A DNA stretch of 64,000 nucleotides from an uncultured Chloroflexia bacterium (lineage in GTDB: Bacteria; Chloroflexota; Limnocylindria; Limnocylindrales; CSP1-4), in NCBI GenBank assembly GCA_963744095.1, contig CAVUSH010000003.1, forward strand, positions 1,162-65,161, read 5' to 3'. Shown here in pieces: positions 63,082 to 64,000 of the stretch. Every line of letters starts with the position of its first letter. Positions within the stretch are counted from its first letter, which is position 1. The notes under the pieces were generated by a model. It was not told the DNA's origin, made no database searches, and was given only the letters and a program-made list of their open reading frames with translations. The translations under genes and the position numbers were made by a program.

Positions 63082-63153
63082 GGATATGTCCCTCCCTTTC
63101 GAACAGCACTCAACGTTGCCCTTATAGTGAAGGCTTGCTTTTTTATGCGCCCA

Positions 63154-63182
63154 TTATTAGGGCGGGACCGTCGAGGCGTCAA
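63154..63182 (-). promoter_or_regulatory. promoter candidate for the second beta-propeller gene
   Basis: Minus strand TTGACG (63177-63182), 17 nt, TAATAA (63154-63159). Confidence 0.45.
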
Positions 63183-63207
63183 GCGGTCGGTTTTGGGTCC
63201 CAAAGAC

Positions 63208-63399
63208 CTTGACCAAATCTTGACCAAACCAACGGAAAAACGGAGACGGTCCGGGACGGCCCAGGACGCTCCGGGAGGCGGTTTTGCCCTGTTGGATCAC
63301 GTTTATCAGGGATTTCTCGGGGAAGCCGAAAAAGGCGCTTGCTGAGTTAATCGCCCGTCAGTCAGTATTTTACAGATTCGAAAAGGATTGTCGATCTGA
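63208..63399 (+). repeat. R element, copy d
   Basis: Closest to copy a, including the extension GTCAGTATTTTACAGATT..TTGTCGATCTGA. Confidence 0.8.
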
Positions 63400-63454
63400 T
63401 CTCAGGGGCGGATTGACGGCCCTCGACTCCTGTGCGAATATAGGCCCAGTACCC

Positions 63455-63670
63455 ATGCGGACCGATACTCTGGACCCGGAGATCGTCGACGACGAGATGG
63501 CGGCCGTTCTCCGGGGCAAGACGCCCGTCGAGCGGCTTCGCGTCGCCTTCGGACTGTGGACTTCCACCAAGAATATGCTCGAAAGGCTCCTCAGGTCCCA
63601 GCATCCCGATTGGGATGACCGTGCCATCAAGGCGGAGGCCGCAAGAAGGATGTCTCATGGAACAGGATGA
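63455..63670 (+). CDS. small helical hypothetical protein (candidate antitoxin/partner of the downstream nucleotidyltransferase)
   Basis: ATG 63455 inside ORF 63284..63670 (MRTDTLDPEIVDDEMAAVLRGKTPVERLRVAFGLW...). The upstream part of the ORF is R-element DNA that carries stops in copies a and b. TTGACG-17-GAATAT at 63413-63441. No clear SD. Confidence 0.5.
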   Translation: MRTDTLDPEIVDDEMAAVLRGKTPVERLRVAFGLWTSTKNMLERLLRSQHPDWDDRAIKAEAARRMSHGTG

Positions 63671-64000
63671 GCTGCTGAGACACGCCGCACGATGCTTTGA
63701 CGAGAGCGGCGTCCGCTATTTCGTGACGGGCGCCGTCGCGGCTATCGCCTATGGCGAGCCGAGGCTGACGAACGATATCGATATCGTGGCCGATCTCGAG
63801 GAAGACAAAATTCCCCGGCTCAAGAGCTGTTATCCGGCAGATGAGTTCTATTTCGACGAGGAGTCCGCCAGGCGGGCTGTCCGGGCCAGGTCCCAATTCA
63901 ACATCATCCATCCCGGCTCCGGTCTGAAGATCGATATCATGATCTCCCAAGGCAACGAGTTCGATCAGAGCCGTTTCCGGCGGGCCCGGCGGCTCAAGCC
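63657..64000 (+). CDS. Pol-beta-superfamily nucleotidyltransferase-fold protein (AbiEii/MNT/DUF6036-like), 5' part, runs off window
   Basis: Not in the ORF track because it is open-ended. ATG 63657 overlaps the upstream ORF by 14 nt. MEQDELLRHAARCFDESGVRYFVTGAVAAIAYGEPRLTNDIDIVADL contains a G[AS]x9-12 DxD NTase motif. Confidence 0.65.
   Translation, partial: MEQDELLRHAARCFDESGVRYFVTGAVAAIAYGEPRLTNDIDIVADLEEDKIPRLKSCYPADEFYFDEESARRAVRARSQFNIIHPGSGLKIDIMISQGNEFDQSRFRRARRLK

Larger units (their letters stand above)
54142..64000. mobile_element. tRNA-Phe-associated tandem island array (open at right edge; no recombinase in window)
   Basis: Visible GC drop, three tRNA-Phe copies, a duplicated hicBA flank, Q/R repeats and divergent secreted cargo genes. 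See findings. Confidence 0.45.

Noticed and set aside
56257-63399. R and Q repeats as a CRISPR array or as IS/MITE copies
   Set aside because: The repeats are 150-220 bp long and kilobases apart, so this is not a repeat-spacer array. There are no terminal inverted repeats bounding R, no target-site duplications that I could see, and no transposase.
63284-63454. N-terminal 57 codons of ORF 63284..63670 (TTG start inside R copy d)
   Set aside because: The same frame is closed by stops in R copies a and b, so this part is R-element DNA. The start was moved to ATG 63455.
63627-63950. 107-aa minus-strand ORF
   Set aside because: It is antisense to the open-ended NTase-fold ORF, which has a clear G..x..DxD motif.

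Overview
High-GC chromosomal segment from a diderm bacterium that looks fermentative. An Acidobacteriota/Aminicenantes-like origin is only a guess. Positions 1-54141 look like core genome. They carry a rubredoxin-fused FTR-like gene with a thioredoxin-fold partner, a sugar MFS transporter with a ROK kinase, secreted peptidases and large repeat proteins, buk-ptb and pta/ackA, a Ser/Thr kinase with an LMW-PTP, a GH2 beta-galactosidase, hslVU, a transaldolase, a tamB/bamA/surA-like envelope cluster, fabD, pgsA, mutS, clpB and a fadL-like porin. Many neighbouring genes are translationally coupled through ATGA/GTGA/TTGA overlaps. From about 54142 to the right edge the GC content drops visibly and the architecture changes. 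There are three full tRNA-Phe(GAA) genes, two near-identical hicBA modules plus a truncated third, and two families of non-coding repeats (called R and Q here) with 11-bp phased direct repeats. The cargo genes there are divergent and secreted: two 6-bladed beta-propeller paralogs, a TPR protein and a beta-lactamase-fold protein that lacks SxxK. A small-protein/nucleotidyltransferase pair runs off the right edge. I read this as a tRNA-Phe-anchored tandem island array whose recombinase is not in the window. A second theme is about a dozen reading-frame lesions concentrated in a few envelope or secreted-protein genes (SBBP-repeat protein, BNR/BACON protein, small OMP, BamA-like, FadL-like, TPR), while the other long ORFs are intact. 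I cannot tell from sequence alone whether these are real pseudogenes or assembly errors. No rRNA, CRISPR array, transposase or integrase was seen. All homology calls come from motif recognition by eye, not from searches.
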